Shown: piece after piece, positions 1 through 13,704 of the stretch
How the letters are laid out: each line of letters opens with the position of its first letter
How positions within the stretch are numbered: the stretch's first letter is position 1
Assembly (NCBI RefSeq): GCF_963921235.1
Contig: NC_086108.1
Coordinates: 113,152,001-113,216,000 of the forward strand
DNA: 64,000 nt
Direction: 5' to 3'
From: Mobula hypostoma
Lineage: Eukaryota
Notes under the pieces: generated by a model
Seen by the model: the letters and a program-made list of their open reading frames with translations, nothing else
Database searches by the model: none
What the model was told of the DNA's origin: nothing
Made by a program: the position numbers and the translations under genes

Positions 1-605
1 AATGCATCCATTATCTCTTCAGCAACCTCTCTCAGGACTCTGGGATGTAGTCCATTTGGTCCAGATGACTTATCCACATTAACACCTCTCAGTCTGCCTA
101 TCACTTTTTTCTCTGTAATAGCAATGACACTCACTCCTGCTCCCTGACACTCACGGACCTCTGGCACCACAGTGAAGACAGAGGTAAAGTACCCATTAAG
201 TTCATCTGCAATTTCTTTGTCTCCCATTACTACCACCCCAGCATCATTTTTCATACATCGAATTCACCTCCCTTTTACTCTTTATATAACTGAAAAAAAT
301 GTTGGTATTAGCTAGATTGCCCTCATATTTCATCTCTTCCCTTCTTAAAGCTTTTTTAGTTGCCTTTTGTTGGATTTTTAAAACTTCCCAATCATTCAAC
401 TTCCCAGTCACTTTTGCTGCCTTATATGCCCTTTCCTTGGCTTTTACGCAGTCCTTATCTTCCCTTGTCAGACACGATTGCCTACCCCTGCCTATTTGAG
501 AGCTTCTTCCTCTGTGGGACATATCTATCCCGTGCCTTGTGAATTATTCCCATAAACATCAGCCATCTCAACTCTGCCATCATCCCTGCCAGTATCCTCC
601 CAATT
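1..605 (-). mobile_element. CR1-type LINE ORF2 fragment (APE-RT linker / start of RT), degenerate
   Basis: Minus-strand translation with FFSYIKSKR-like motif and a GPDGLHPRVL-type segment. Confidence 0.8.
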
Positions 606-1849
606 TCCCAGGAGAGACAGCATGTGGTCCATTAGCTCCAATGGTTTAGCATCACTGAGATCGGGCAAGGATAGCAATTGCTTGGTGTGCTCAGACTCCG
701 ATAGGGCAAAAGTCCGTAAAAGGTGAGTTTTCAGTGATCATTACTTATCTTATTCAGGCAGATGTTCTAGTAGTTTCACTACTCTCATAGCGGTGAAATT
801 GCTGAGTGATGTTACCACATTTGGTGTTGTTGGCAATGATTTCTTGCAGCGCGAATTTGGCCCTGCCTTGTACAAACCAAGCAACAGCATTTTGCTCTCA
901 AACTCCAGCAGTTTCAAAGTGACTGCATTGGCCAAAATGTTCAATAACTCTGGGATAGTCTTAGAGCATTGGGGTCACCAATATAGGTTTTCACAAATAA
1001 AAATGGCTGAGGCATTTTATGCTTAAGAAAACCCGTAGCAGCTCAGTTATTGTACTCCAAACACTGAACACAAAGCACGATAACAGTCCTTTATGTAATT
1101 ACATCATCATGTTAGTTCAGCCTCTTCAAGTGAAATCCCAACTTAATGTCGGGGGTTGTGAATTATGTACATTTCCACCAATTACGTTACCCTACAATAT
1201 ATCACCTTTCACCCTTAACCTTTAACCTCAAGTCCTAGTCTCAACCATGTTCTGTGGAACTTGGGAACTGGGCTATTGATCATAGAAAGAACATAGAAGT
1301 TTACAGTATTGGAAAGGGCCCTTCAGCCCATAGTGCCTGTGCTGAACGTGATGCTGAATTAATCTTTATTATCACTTTATCAACTACTTTATCATTTCCC
1401 GTCAGCCCCTCCAGTGTCTGGCATCGCTTTATGGACATACAATCAATCTATGTATAGAAGATATCTCATTTATTTATATTTATTGTGCTTTTATTAATAT
1501 AATGTTCTTTATTTTATTGTGTTTTTTTGTGCTGGAATGGATCTGGAGTAACAATTATTTTGTTTTCCTTTACACTTGTGTACAGGAGCTGACATTAAAC
1601 CATCTTGAATCGAAATCCCTTCTGTCCTCTCATTCATTATGCATTCATGTGTCTGTCTAACAGCCTCTAAATCACCTCTGTTGTAGTTGCTTCCACTCCC
1701 ACCCTGGCAGCCTGTATCGGACACCCACAACTCTCGGTGTAAAATAATTTGCCCCTCACATCCCCATTAAAATATCCCCTCTCACCTTAAACACATGTCT
1801 TCGAATATCTGACTGTCCCACCATGGAGAAAGGATTCTGACTGTCTACC

Positions 1850-2655
1850 TTCAAGATGGCACCTGTGTACAATGCTCCTCTGGTCAGCGTCTTCTGGATA
1901 GATCGTGAAACCATAAATTTCACTTCTTTTATGTTTGTTTATCATCTTGAATGTGATTTTGGAACTGCTGGAGCTTCTGATTTGCTGTTTGGGTGCTCCA
2001 GTGCTCTGCAGTCTCCGAGTGGATTCCGGGAGACAGAGGTGGCGAGCGAGGCTAGGCTGCGGGGTGGCATGCGAGCCGATGTTCAACCCGTTTCGATGAT
2101 TAAAGCGAAGCGGGAAATTGAACCATCAAGGCAAATGCGAACGTTTGGAGATCGTTTGGATGCTTTAGCACTCTGCAGCCTACGAGACGATTCCAGTCAG
2201 TGTGTGCAAACCTTGCGGCAGAAGGCCTGCGATAGGGGTGCCAGACAATGTTTGACTCTATTTCGCTGATTAAAGTGATGAGGGAAATTGAAGCATCAAG
2301 GCAAGTTCAGAGGGTGAGCACCGGCTGCCTGTCTTTTGATCACAGAGGATGGCTCTGCTAAGCTGCTGGAGAGGGAGAGACTGCCAACTATGCCCAGTGA
2401 ATGTAACCCAGATTTTCTGCATTTTGGATGTGGACTTGGACTATAGACTTATTTTCAGTCCTATAGATTTTTATATCCTCTGTTTTTTGCCCTACCCTTC
2501 TCATATTTTTGTGTGGGGAGGGGGATTTGGGTGTTGATGTGCCTGTTAGTTTTGTTGTGTGGGAGGTGTGATTTAGGGGTTGATGATCATGCTGTCTTTC
2601 TTTTCTTTCTTGGTTTCCTGGCTATCTGGAGAAGAATAATTTCAGAGTTGTATAC
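1850..2655 (+). mobile_element. Non-autonomous retroelement with AAGATGGC 5' motif
   Basis: Begins at AAGATGGC, has a CpG-richer body and T-rich 3' part, and interrupts a CR1 3' fragment. Confidence 0.45.
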
Positions 2656-2802
2656 TCAGAATCAGAATCAGAATCAGGTTTATTGTCACCGACATGTGAC
2701 ATGAAATTTGTTAACTTAGCAGCAGTAGTTCAATGCAATACATAATATAGAAGAGAAAAAATAATAAAAATAAGAATAAATAAACAAATAAATCAATTAC
2801 AG

Positions 2803-3137
2803 AAGACAAGGCTTTTTCCATTGAGAGTGGGGGAGATTCAGACAAGAGGACATGAGTTGAGAGTTAAAGGGCAAAAGTTTAGGGGTAACTCGAGGGGGAA
2901 CTTTTTTACTCAGAGAGTGGTAGCTGCGTGGAACGAGCTTCCAGCAGAAATGGTTGAGGCAGGTTCGATATTGTCATTTAAAGTTAAATTGGATAGCTAC
3001 ATGGACAGGAAAGGAATGGAGGGTCATGGGCTGAGTGCAGGTCAGTGGGACTAGGTGAGAGTAAGCATTCGGCACGAACTAGAAGGGCCGAGATGGCCTG
3101 TTTCCATGCTGTAATTGTTATATGGTTATATGGTATA
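2803..3137 (+). mobile_element. CR1/HER1-like LINE 3' end
   Basis: ORF 2821-3054 with TRGH..FFTQRVV..WN C-terminal CR1 motifs; short tandem tail (TATGGTTA). Confidence 0.88.
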
Positions 3138-3179
3138 TTGAATAGATTTTTAAAAAGTTTACTTTGATAATAAATGAAC

Positions 3180-3745
3180 CTTTGAACCTTATCTATGTGC
3201 CTAATAATTGTATTAATGTCTATAAGATCTCCCAACAGTCTTAGTTGCTCCAGAAAAATCAACCCAGGTTTGTCCTGCCTCTTGTATTAGAACATGCCCT
3301 CTAATCCTGGCAGCATCCTGGTAAACCTCTTCAAAGCCACAAAGTCTCCACGTATTGGAGTGACCAGAACTGAATGCCGTACTCCAGATGCAGACTAAAC
3401 AGAGTTTACATACAGTCCAGTCCATCATGGGTAAAACCCTCTTTATAAAGATGCAACATTACTTTGAACTTCAGCCTTAGACATTTTGACCCTGGAAAAA
3501 AGACTCTGATGACCTACTTATCTACATCTCTCATAAATTTATAAACTTCTAACAGGTTTCCTCTCATCCACTGCTGCTCTAGAGAAAAGAATCCAACCTC
3601 TCCTTAGAACTTATGCCCTCTAATTCAGGCAGCATCCTGGTGAACCTCCTCCGTGCTCTCTCCAGAGCCGCAACATCCTTCCTGGAATGCAGTGACCAGA
3701 GTTGTGCACAATTCCCGAAGTATTTGTGATATGGCCCTAATCAAA
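3180..3745 (-). mobile_element. Two degenerate CR1 ORF2 C-terminal fragments
   Basis: Remnants of QFWSxH and RFTRMLPG motifs on the minus strand. Confidence 0.7.
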
Positions 3746-3859
3746 GTCCTATTGCTGCGACAGCATTTTGATTCAGGCAGTTCAGACTGGCAACATCTCC
3801 TCCACAGTCTCCATCAGCACATGTGCACCACAAGGCTGTGTGCTTAGCTCCTCGCTCTC

Positions 3860-4800
3860 AAAGTTCAAAGTAAATTTATTATCAACCATATACAACGCTG
3901 AGATTCATTTTCTTGCAGGTATTCACAGTAGTCCAAGAAACACAATGGAATCAATGAAAGACAAACAACCAATGTGCAAAAGACAACAAACTGCTCAAAT
4001 ACAAAAGGAAAAATAAACAAATAAATAAGCAATAAATATTGAGAACATGAGATGAAGAGTCCTTGAAAATGAGTCCACAGGTTGTGGGAACATTTCAATG
4101 ATGGGGCAGGTGAAATTGAGTGAAGTTATCCCCCTCGGTTCAGGAGCCTGATGGTTGAGGGGTAATAACTGTTCCTGAATCTGGTGGTGTGGGTCCTGAG
4201 GCCCCTGTATCTTCTTCCTGATATCGGCAGTGAGAAGAGAGCACGGTCTGGGTGGAGGGGGTCCTTGATGATGGATGCTGCTCTCCTGTGACAGCGTTCT
4301 GTGTTGTTGTGTTTTACCCGTGATGGACTGGGCTACGTCCACTACTTCTTGTATGATTCTCTATTCAAGGGCATTGGTGTTTCCATAGCAGACTGTGATG
4401 CAGCTCGTTAATATACTCTCCACAATACATCTATAGAAGTTAGTCAAAGTTTTAGATGTCATGCGGACTCTTTGCAAACTCCTAATGAAGTAGAAGAGGT
4501 GTTGCACTTTCTTCGTAATTGGACTTCCGCACTGGGATTAGGACTAGTCCTCTGAAATAATAACACCAAGGAAATTAAGGTTGCTGACATTCTCGTCCTC
4601 TGATCCCCCAGTGAGGATTGGTTGGTGGACTTCAGTTTCCTCCTACTGAATTCCTTGGTCCCTGGTCTTGCTGACTTTGAGTGAGAGGTTGTTGTTGTGG
4701 CACCAGTCAGCCAGATTTTCAACCTCCCTCCTATATGCCGATTTGTCACCACCATTGATTTGTCCAACAGCAATGGTGTCTGTCATCAGCAAACTTAAAT
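3860..4800 (-). mobile_element. Rex1/Babar-like LINE RT C-terminus and 3' UTR, degenerate
   Basis: FADD / YRREVENL / WCHNNNL..SKT motifs and KDPHHP..RFRNSYYP-type 3' motifs across frames. Confidence 0.78.
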
Positions 4801-5749
4801 ATGTCATTAGAGCTGTGTTTAGCCTCACAGTCATAAGTGCAAAGCAAGGAGAGCACTCAATCACAGCTGCTATACTATGAGAAGCAATGCCTACCATAAC
4901 ACCATAAGATATAGGAGCAGAATTAGGCCATTCAGCCCATCGAGTCTGCTCCGCCATTCAATCATGAGCTGATCCAATCCCTCCAGTCATCCCCACTCCC
5001 CTGCCTTCTCTCCATACCCTTTGATGCCCTGGCTACTCAAGAAGCTATCTATCTCTGCCTTAAATGCACCCAATGACTACCATTCTATGCCTAGACCTCA
5101 CTTTGGGAAATCTGGTCACTTGACCGTCCTCCTCCATTAACTTGGGAGACAACAACAACCATGTAGACCTCCCAGCCTAACCACGGCAACTTATTCCCAT
5201 CAGCTCTCCCCAGATTCCACCCCTCAACCACGCACTCCTTACAAACAGAGCCGGAGCTGGGAATTGATCCCAGGTCTGTGGAGCTGCGAGATAGTGACTC
5301 TCCGCATTGTGTCACTGTACATGCAGTGGTCGCTAGCAGCCACAGGGTGGCAGATGGTGAACACTTGTCAGCAGTTCTCAAAACAAGGTCATAAAACATG
5401 GAAGCGAAACTAGGCCATTTTGGCCCATCGAGTTTTCTCCAGTCTTTAATCACGGCAGATTTATTTTCCTTCTCAAACCCATTCTCCTGCCTTCTCTCTG
5501 TAACCTTTGACACTCTTACTAATCAAAAACCTGTCAACCTCTGCTTTAAATATGCCCAATGACTTGGCTTCCACAGCACCTGTGGCAATGAATTCCACAG
5601 ATTCACCCCCCGGCTAAAAAATCCTCCCCATCTCTGTTCTAGATGGATGTCCAGCTAAGGCTGTGCCCTCTGGTCCTAGATTCCTGCTATAGGAAACAAC
5701 CCCTCCATGTCCAATCTATCTAGGCCTTTCAATATTAGGTAGGTTGACC

Positions 5750-6725
5750 ACTGCTCAGTGTTCAACATCATCTTACTTTCAGTTCTAATCAAAAAGCTCC
5801 AAAACCTGGGCCTTTGTACCACCCTCTGTAACTGAATCCTCAGCTTCTTCACCAGGAGACCACAGTCTGTACAGATTGGAAAAACGTCTCCACCTCGCTG
5901 ACAATCAACAAGCAGAATCTCAGATGGTGACAAGGAGATGTACAGGAGCGAGGTAGATCAGCTGGCTGAGTAATGTCACAACAACAGCCTTGCACTTAAG
6001 GTCAGTAAGGCCAAGGAATTGATTGTGGACTTCAGGAAGGGGAAGTTGAGGGAGCACACACTAATTATCCTTCAGGGATCAGAAGTGGAAAGAGAGCAGT
6101 TTCAAATTCCTGTGTGTCAACCTCTCTGAGGATTTATTCTGGCCCAACATATTGATGCAATTACAAAGAAGGCATGACAGCGGCTATATTTCATTAGGAG
6201 TTTGAGGAGTCTTGGTAGATCACTAAAGACGCTCATAAATTTCCATAGATGCACCGTGGAGAACATTTAACTGGTTATATCACTGTCTGGTATGGAGGGG
6301 TGGGGGCCACTGCACAGGATGAGGAAAAGCTGCAGAAAGTTGTTAACTCAGCCAGCTCCATCATAGCCTTGAGCCTCCTCAGCATCGAGGACACCTTCGA
6401 AAGGTGCTGCCTCAATAAAGGGGCATCTGTCATTCACAACCTCCATCACCAGGACATGCCCTGTTCTCACTGCTGTCACCAAGGAGGTACAGTACAGGAG
6501 CCTGAGGACACACACCCACCACTTCAGGAACAGTTTCCTCCCCTCCACCATCAGATTTCTGAATGGACAGTGAAACCATGAACACTACACCATTTTTACT
6601 CTGTTTTTGCACTACTTATTTAATTCTATTTTCTCTTTTTATAGATTTTATTGTTATACATTGCAACGTACGGCTGCCGCAAAATGACAAATTTCGCGGT
6701 GTACATATTGCACCTGATTCTGATT
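5750..6725 (+). mobile_element. Rex1/Babar-like LINE fragment
   Basis: WILSFxT, LTGYITVWYG and KLQKVV motifs; (GATTCT)-type tail at about 6720. Confidence 0.75.
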
Positions 6726-8388
6726 CAGTGAGATCCCCTTCATTCTCCTAAACTCCAGTGGGTACAGGCCCAGAGCCATCAAGCGCTTCCCATACACGAA
6801 CCCCATCTTACGAAGCTCCTCTGTGTCCTTTCCAATGCTTGCATATCCTTTCTTAGATAAACAACTTAGAACAGTACAGCATAGCCCATGAATATAGTAT
6901 TACAATTCATAGTTGTGTTAACACTTTAACCTGCTCCAAGATCAACCTAACCCTTCCCTCCCATATAACTCCACAGCCTCAGTTCAGTGCAGTGAAAAGT
7001 AAGCCTCATGGAGCAGCAAGCTGAATACTGGCCAGTCCCTCACCTCTGACCTCGACACCCTGACCTTTTCGATCTGGCCCAGCACTTAAACACGCAACCT
7101 GGGCTGTTCCTTGCTCTCAGACCCAGGTCCTGGCCCGGGACCTGCCACCTTGACTCTGTCTTGCCTCCGGTCACCTCGCCTTGGTTCTGCCTCATTGAAT
7201 TGCCTGCAACTCCATTGCAGTGACGGTCAAACATTGATTCTTTCCCCAGTCTCAGGCCTGGGCCCTCCGCCTCGATTTGGCCCGTACCCGCCACGCTGCA
7301 GCTGACCCGCACCCTCAGGACTGCCGTTCACATTGCACAAATGCCAGGTTGTGCAGGCGGCTCGAAAGATCAGCTCCGAAAAGGAAATTACAGGCTACCA
7401 ATCGCAGTGAGCGTATCCGAGAAAAAGTGTGTTTAATACAGTGATTTATAGTTTTGTTTGTTTTGTTTGCTACCTGCAAGTCATCACTGTGCCTCACCAG
7501 CACAAGTTCAAGTTCAATTGTCATTCAACCACACATGAATACAACTTACTGAAAGAGTGTTTCTTCAGGAACAACATTACCAACAACACACAGCACACAG
7601 CACAAATAGTTACAACCGTAAACAAGTATGGTTAAAATTTCAGAAAAACATAGTCACAAAGAACAAAAGTATATATAGCCTAAGTCCCTGAGTGGCATGA
7701 CTGAGAATTGATGGTAAGGGGAGAAAGGGAGGGGGAGAAGGGGAAGAGAGCCAAGCCTGGCCAAGCTTGTTCTTCTGCCGAGTGAACACTGGAGGGCAGC
7801 ACTGAGTGAACACTGGACAGCAGCCCCAACGGGAGGGGCCAGTCCCTACTCAGACACAATTTCCAGCGCACCCTGCCTCTCCGCCTCAGCACTCATCTCC
7901 TGGCCAGCTGTAACAGGTGAACACGGAGCCCTGTCCTAGTCCTCACCACAACCGAGGCAATATAGCTTCCCCACTGTCGGTCACGCCAATGAACCAGTGA
8001 ACCAGTCTGACAGTATTCTACATTACCAATGTCTAACAGGGTCTTGTGATCACAATAGAAACATCCAAGACAATTCCTCGCACTGTGCACCATCTAACAA
8101 TAGCCCTGTCCGGGCAACACAACAATGGTACGCAACAAGCCCAGCTGCATAAGCGACTTGCCGACAGGAAAGTCCTGCAGTGCTTGACGATCTGAGTATC
8201 CTGCAGTGACTTGTTATCGTAATAAAGATGTACAGATGAAAAAATACACCTTTGATTGGACCCGGAGTAGCTGTGGTGTTCGAGAGCGTAGCAGATGTTT
8301 ATAACCTAGATTCAACATTTCAACATTGCTTACTTTCTAATGGTGTTACAAACATCAATTACTAAACTGAACAAATTTATCCAGTTAC

Positions 8389-8442
8389 CTCTGGTCCTGG
8401 AAGTCCTTGCAAACCAGGTGGTCCAGCGTCACCCAATTTACC
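8389..8442 (-). CDS. col24a1: Collagen exon (54 bp): GKLGDAGPPGLQGLPGPE
   Basis: TAG acceptor, GTAACT donor; ends in PGPE as in clade-C collagens. Confidence 0.93.
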
Positions 8443-8659
8443 CTAGGACAAACAGCAAACACTGAGTCAAAGCGTAATTAAAATAAATTTCAAAAAAATA
8501 TCCTGCAGATCTGGAGATATGAAATAAAAACAGAATTAAGCTTCATGGAAACACACAAAGTGCTGAAGGAACTCAGTAGGTCAGACAGCAACTTTTTAAA
8601 AAAAGTATTTATTTATTGAGATAGAGTGCAGAATAGGCCATTCTGGTCCTTCTAGTTAC

Positions 8660-9660
8660 ATAGAAACATAGAAAACCTACAGCACAATACAGGCCCTTCA
8701 GCCCACAATGCTGTGTCCAACATGTCCCTACCTTAGAAATTACCTAGGGTTACCCATAGCCCTCTATTTTTCTAAGCTCCATGTACCTGTCCAGGAGTCT
8801 CTTAAAAGACCCTATCATATCCACCTTCACCACCGTTGCCGGCATCGCATTCGACACACTCACCACTCTCTGCGTAAAAAACTTACCCCTGACATCCCCT
8901 CTGTACCTACTTCCAAGCACCTTAAAACTGTGCCCTCTCGTGCTAGTCATTTCAGCCCTGGGAAAAAGCCTCTGACTATGCACATGATCAATGCCTCTCA
9001 TCATCTTATCCTATCTTATCATCTATCAGGTCACCTGTCAAACTCCGCCACTCCAAAGTAAAAAGGTCAAGTTCACTCAACCTATTCTCATAAGGCATGC
9101 TCCCCAATCCAGGCAACATCCTTGTAAATCTCCTCTGCACCCTTTCTATGGCTTCCACATCTTTCCTGTAGTGAGGCGACCAGAATTGAGCACAGTACTC
9201 CAAGCGGGGTCTGACCAGGGTCCTATATAGCTGCAACATTACCTCTCGGCTGCTAAATTCAATCCCACGATTGGCCAATGCACCATATGCCTTCTTAACC
9301 ACAGAGTCAACCTGAGCAGCAGCTTTGAGTGTCCTGTGGACTCGGACCCCAAGATCCCTCTGATCCTCCACACTGCCAAGAGTCTTACCATTAATATTAT
9401 ATTCTGTCATCATATTTGACCTACCAAAATGAACCACCTCACACTTATCTGGGTTGAACTCCATCTGCCACTTCTCAGCCCAGTTTTTGCATCCTATTGA
9501 TGTCTGGCTGTAACCTCTAAAGCCCTCTACACTATCCACAACACCCCCAACCTTTGTGTCATCAGCAAATTTACTAACTCACTTCATTTCTTCATCAAGG
9601 CCATTTATAAAAATCACGAAGAGTAGAGGGTCCCAGAAGAGATCCCCGAGGCACTCCACA
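8660..9660 (-). mobile_element. CR1 LINE 3' kb (RT C-terminus to tail), relatively young
   Basis: KFADD, WQMEFNPDKC, LEYCAQFWSPHYRKD, TRGHSFK and FFTQRVV in ORFs 9006-9539 and 8750-9004; (TTCTATGT)-like tail. Confidence 0.92.
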
Positions 9661-10025
9661 AGTCCTGATTTTGAAATCACTGACACCAGCCAGACAATCT
9701 CTGAAGAGTGTTGATAATGGCTGGAGTTACCTGTCTTGTAAGACACCACCCAGAGGAAGGCAATGGCAAACGACTTCTGTTGAAATATTTGCCAAGAACG
9801 AGTATGGTCGTGGAAAGACACATAACGATAATGTCATACAACACAGCACATAATGATGATGTCATACAACACGGCACATAATGATGATGTCATACAACAC
9901 GGCACATAATGATGATGTCATACAACACAGCACATAATGATGATGTCATACAACACGGCACATAATGATGATGTCATACAACATGGCACGTAACGATGAT
10001 GTCATACAACATGGCACGTAACGAA
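9660..10025 (+). mobile_element. RTE/BovB-related non-autonomous element 3' half, with its tail expanded into about 7 x 28-bp repeats (9825-10025)
   Basis: GAAGGCAATGGCAAAC motif (recalled as BovB/Sauria-SINE-like); unit TAATGATGATGTCATACAACACGGCACA. Confidence 0.65.
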
Positions 10026-10519
10026 TGAGCAGGAGGGATATGGACTAAATGCAGATGGCATTGTAGCCCGTAGCGGTTTGCACAACGCTGTACAGCACCA
10101 GCAATAGGGGTTCCATTCCTACCACAGTCTGTAAGGAGTTTGTATGTTCTCCCTGTGACTGCATGGGTTTCCTCTGGGTGCTCCAGTTTCCTCCAGGGTT
10201 AATGATTTGTGGGCACGCTATGTTGGCACTAGAAGCCTGGTGACACTTGTGGGAAGTTGCCCACCACATTCTGGGACCGTCTTGGCCGTTGACACAAATG
10301 ATGCATTTCACTGTACGTTTTGATTGTTCGATGTACATGTGACAATAAAGATAATGTTTAAATCTTTAAAGGGGACTGGCTGAGAAGAGCTTCTTGGTCA
10401 GTATGGATGGATGAGTTGGGCCAAAAGCCTTGTCTCCAAGCCAAATAGCTCGCTCGTCCCACAAACACCCACTGAGTTTTGATGTGGCAGATTCATTCGG
10501 GTGAATGGATGCAACCTAC

Positions 10520-10573
10520 CTGTGGGCCTGGTTTCCCTCTCAGTCCGGGTGCTCCAGGGAGGCCAACGGTGCC
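10520..10573 (-). CDS. col24a1: Collagen exon (54 bp): GTVGLPGAPGLRGKPGPQ
   Basis: AAG acceptor after a T-rich tract, GTAGGT donor. Resembles recalled COL24A1 GAVGLPGPPGMRGKSGPS. Confidence 0.92.
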
Positions 10574-10640
10574 CTTTTAAAAGAAATGACAAAATATATA
10601 TCTGCAATTATAATGGCTCAGCAATAACCCATCCCTGCCT

Positions 10641-12472
10641 ACAGTGTGACCCTCCCTCAGTACCGCCCCTCCCACAGTGTGACCCTCCCTCAGTACCGCC
10701 CCTTCCACAGTGTGACCCTCCCTCAGTACCGCCCCTCCCACGATCTGACTCTCCCTCAGTAACAACCCTCCCACAGTTTGACCCTCCCTCTGTACCACCC
10801 CCCCACAGTGTGACAGTACCACCCCCCCACAGTGTGACTCTCCCTCAGTACCGCCCCTCCCACAGTGTGACCCTCCCTCAGTACCACCCCTCCCACGGCG
10901 TGATACTCCCTCAGTACCACCCCTCCCACAGTGTGACCCTCCCTCAGTACTACCCCCCCACAGTCTGACTCTCCCTCAGTACCACCGCTCCCACAGTGTG
11001 ACCCTCCCTCAGTACCGCCCCTACCACAGTGTGACCCTCCCTCAGTACCACCCCCCCCACAGTGTGACTCTCCCTCAGTACCACCCCTCCCACGGCGTGA
11101 TACTCCCTCAGTACCACCCCTCCCACAATGTGACTCTCCCTCAGTACCGCCCCTCCCACAGTTTGACCCTCCCTCAGTACCACCCCCCCACAGTGTGACT
11201 CTCCCTCAGTACCGCCCCTCCCACAGTGTGACCCTCCCTCAGTACCACCCCTCCCACGGCGTGATACTCCCTCAGTACCACCCCCCCCACAGTGTGACTC
11301 TCCCTCAGTACCACCCCCCCACAGTGTGACTCTCCCTCAGTACCACCGCTCCCACAGTGTGACCCTCCCTCAGTACCACCCCTCCCACAGTGTGACCCTC
11401 CCTCAGTACCAACCCCCCACAGTGTGACCCTCCCTCAGTACCACCCCTCCCACAGTGTGACCCTCCCTCAGTATCACCCCTTCCACAGTGTGACGCTCCC
11501 TCAGTACCACCCCTCTCACAGTGTGACCCTCCCTCAGTACCACCCCTCCCACAGTGTGACCCTCTCTCAGTACCACCCCTCCCACAGTGTGACTCTCCCT
11601 CGGTCCCACCCCTCCCACAGTGTGACCCTTCCTCGGTACCACCCCCCCACAGTGTGACCCTCCCTCGGTACCACTCCCCCACAGTGTGACTCTCCCTCGG
11701 TACCACCCCCCCACAGTGTAACTCTCCCTCAGTAACACCCCTCCCACAGTGTGACCCTCTCTCAGTACCACCCCCCCACAGTGTGACCCTCCCTCAGTAC
11801 CACCCCTCCCACAGTGTGACCCTCCCTCAGTACCGCCCCTCCCACAGTGTGACTCTCCCTCAGTACCGCCCCTCCCACAGTGTGATCCTCCCTCAGTACC
11901 GCCCCTCCCACAGTGTGACCCTCCCTCAGTACCGCCCCTCCCACAGTGTGACCCTCCCTCAGTACCGCCCCTCCCACAGTGTGACTCTCCCTCAGTACCG
12001 CCCCTCCCACAGTGTGACCCTCCCTCAGTACCGCCCCTCCCACAGTGTGACTCTCCCTCAGTACCGCCCCTCCCACAGTGTGATCCTCCCTCAGTACCAC
12101 CCCTCCCACAGTGTGACCCTCCCTCAGTACCGCCCCTCCCACAGTGTGACCCTCCCTCAGTACCGCCCCTCCCACAGTGTGACCCTCCCTCAGTACCGCC
12201 CCTCCCACAGTGTGACTCTCCCTCAGTACCGCCCCTCCCACAGTGTGACCCTCCCTCAGTACCGCCCCTCCCACAGTGTGACTCTCCCTCAGTACCGCCC
12301 CTCCCACAGTGTGACCCTCCCTCAGTACTGCCCCTCCCACAGTGTGACCCTCCCTCAGTACCACCCCTCCCACAGTGTGACCCTTCCTCAGTACCACCCC
12401 TCCCACAGTGTGACCCTCCCTCAGTACTGCCCCTCCCACAGTGTGACCCTCCCTCAGTACGAACCCTCCCGC
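10641..12472. repeat. 33-bp minisatellite, about 55 copies
   Basis: Unit CAGTGTGACCCTCCCTCAGTACCGCCCCTCCCA; produces the spurious HSVTLPQYRPS and GGAVLREGHTV ORFs. Confidence 0.97.
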
Positions 12473-12549
12473 AGTAGCAATGCTACATTTAAGAGTGATG
12501 GTGTTAAAGTTTGTAAGACACCAAGAGACCAATGTAGATGTGTACGTAC

Positions 12550-12603
12550 CCGATCGCCAGGGAATCCTCTTTCTCCGGGAGGTCCCATCAGACCATGATC
12601 ACC
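12550..12603 (-). CDS. col24a1: Collagen exon (54 bp): GDHGLMGPPGERGFPGDR
   Basis: CAG acceptor, GTACGT donor, 6 Gly-X-Y triplets. Confidence 0.93.
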
Positions 12604-13704
12604 CTGGGTAAAATATCATCACACACAGATTAAAACGTGGATCCACAGTGAGTGCTCCCACTTAAGCTGCAGAAACACTGCACACGTTCCCCAAGCACAC
12701 AGCTCGACCAAACATACCCAAACTGCTCGTTAACTTTCTGCTCTCTCATCTTTCTTACTGCTCACTCGTCCTGACCAAGGGTTTCGGCCTGAAACATTGG
12801 CTATTTATTCCTCTCCATAGATGTTGCGAGACCTGCTGAGTTCCCTCGACGTTTTGTGTGTGTTTATTTATTTATTTTATTTGGAGATACAGCACATAAC
12901 AGGCCCTTTGAGCTCCCCCAATTCAACCCCAGCATAATCAGGGGACAATTAATTTCGTGACAAATACACCTGTGGACTGTGGGAGGAAACGGAAGCACCC
13001 AGAGGAAATCCACCCGGAGGACGTACAAACTCCTCACAGAGGATGCCGGAATTGAACGCTGAACTCTGATGCCCTGAGCTGTAATATCGCCATGGTAACC
13101 GCTATACTACTGTGGCGGTTGCTCTGGATTTCCGGCGGCTGCAGAACATCTTGTTTTGTTAATTTCAGGTCACTGTGAAAACACCAAGGTCCATGCAGAC
13201 CTAAATCACTCAGTTCCTTTAACACCGATGGCAACCTCCCTCAGTGTGTCTCAGTCAGAAACCACGTCAAAGACCGTTGGGGCAGAAAACAGCCAGGCGA
13301 GCAACTTCAGGTTGGAAATTAAAGGCTAATATTAGGTAAGCAGATACAGAGCCCTGAAGTCCCAGATCAGCAGGTTCGGGAAAAGCTACTTTCTTACAAA
13401 AATCAGGTTCTTGAACCAAGCAGCACAGCCATAAACCTACTCCAACAACAGACCATCTCTTGTGCCACCATTCCATGTCATTTCCAGTACACAAGTGTAA
13501 GGGAAAATGAAATAATTATTACTTCAAATCAAAGACAGTGCAAAGAAACAATAAGATAAGGAACATGATAATAATAAAACACAATAAGTATGAATACATA
13601 AGATGGCTTATTTACATAGATTGATTGCATGTCCATAAAGTGACGCTAGGCACAGGAGTGTCTGTACATAAGGTGACTGACAGGAAATGGTAAAGTAACG
13701 GTGA

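Noticed and set aside
7120..7150. GPGPGP peptide
   Set aside because: Gly-Pro dipeptide periodicity inside a repeat remnant; no splice signals.
10501..12598. Long ORFs (up to 271 aa) with HSVTLPQYRPS / GGAVLREGHTV repeats
   Set aside because: By-product of a stop-free 33-bp minisatellite in a collagen intron.
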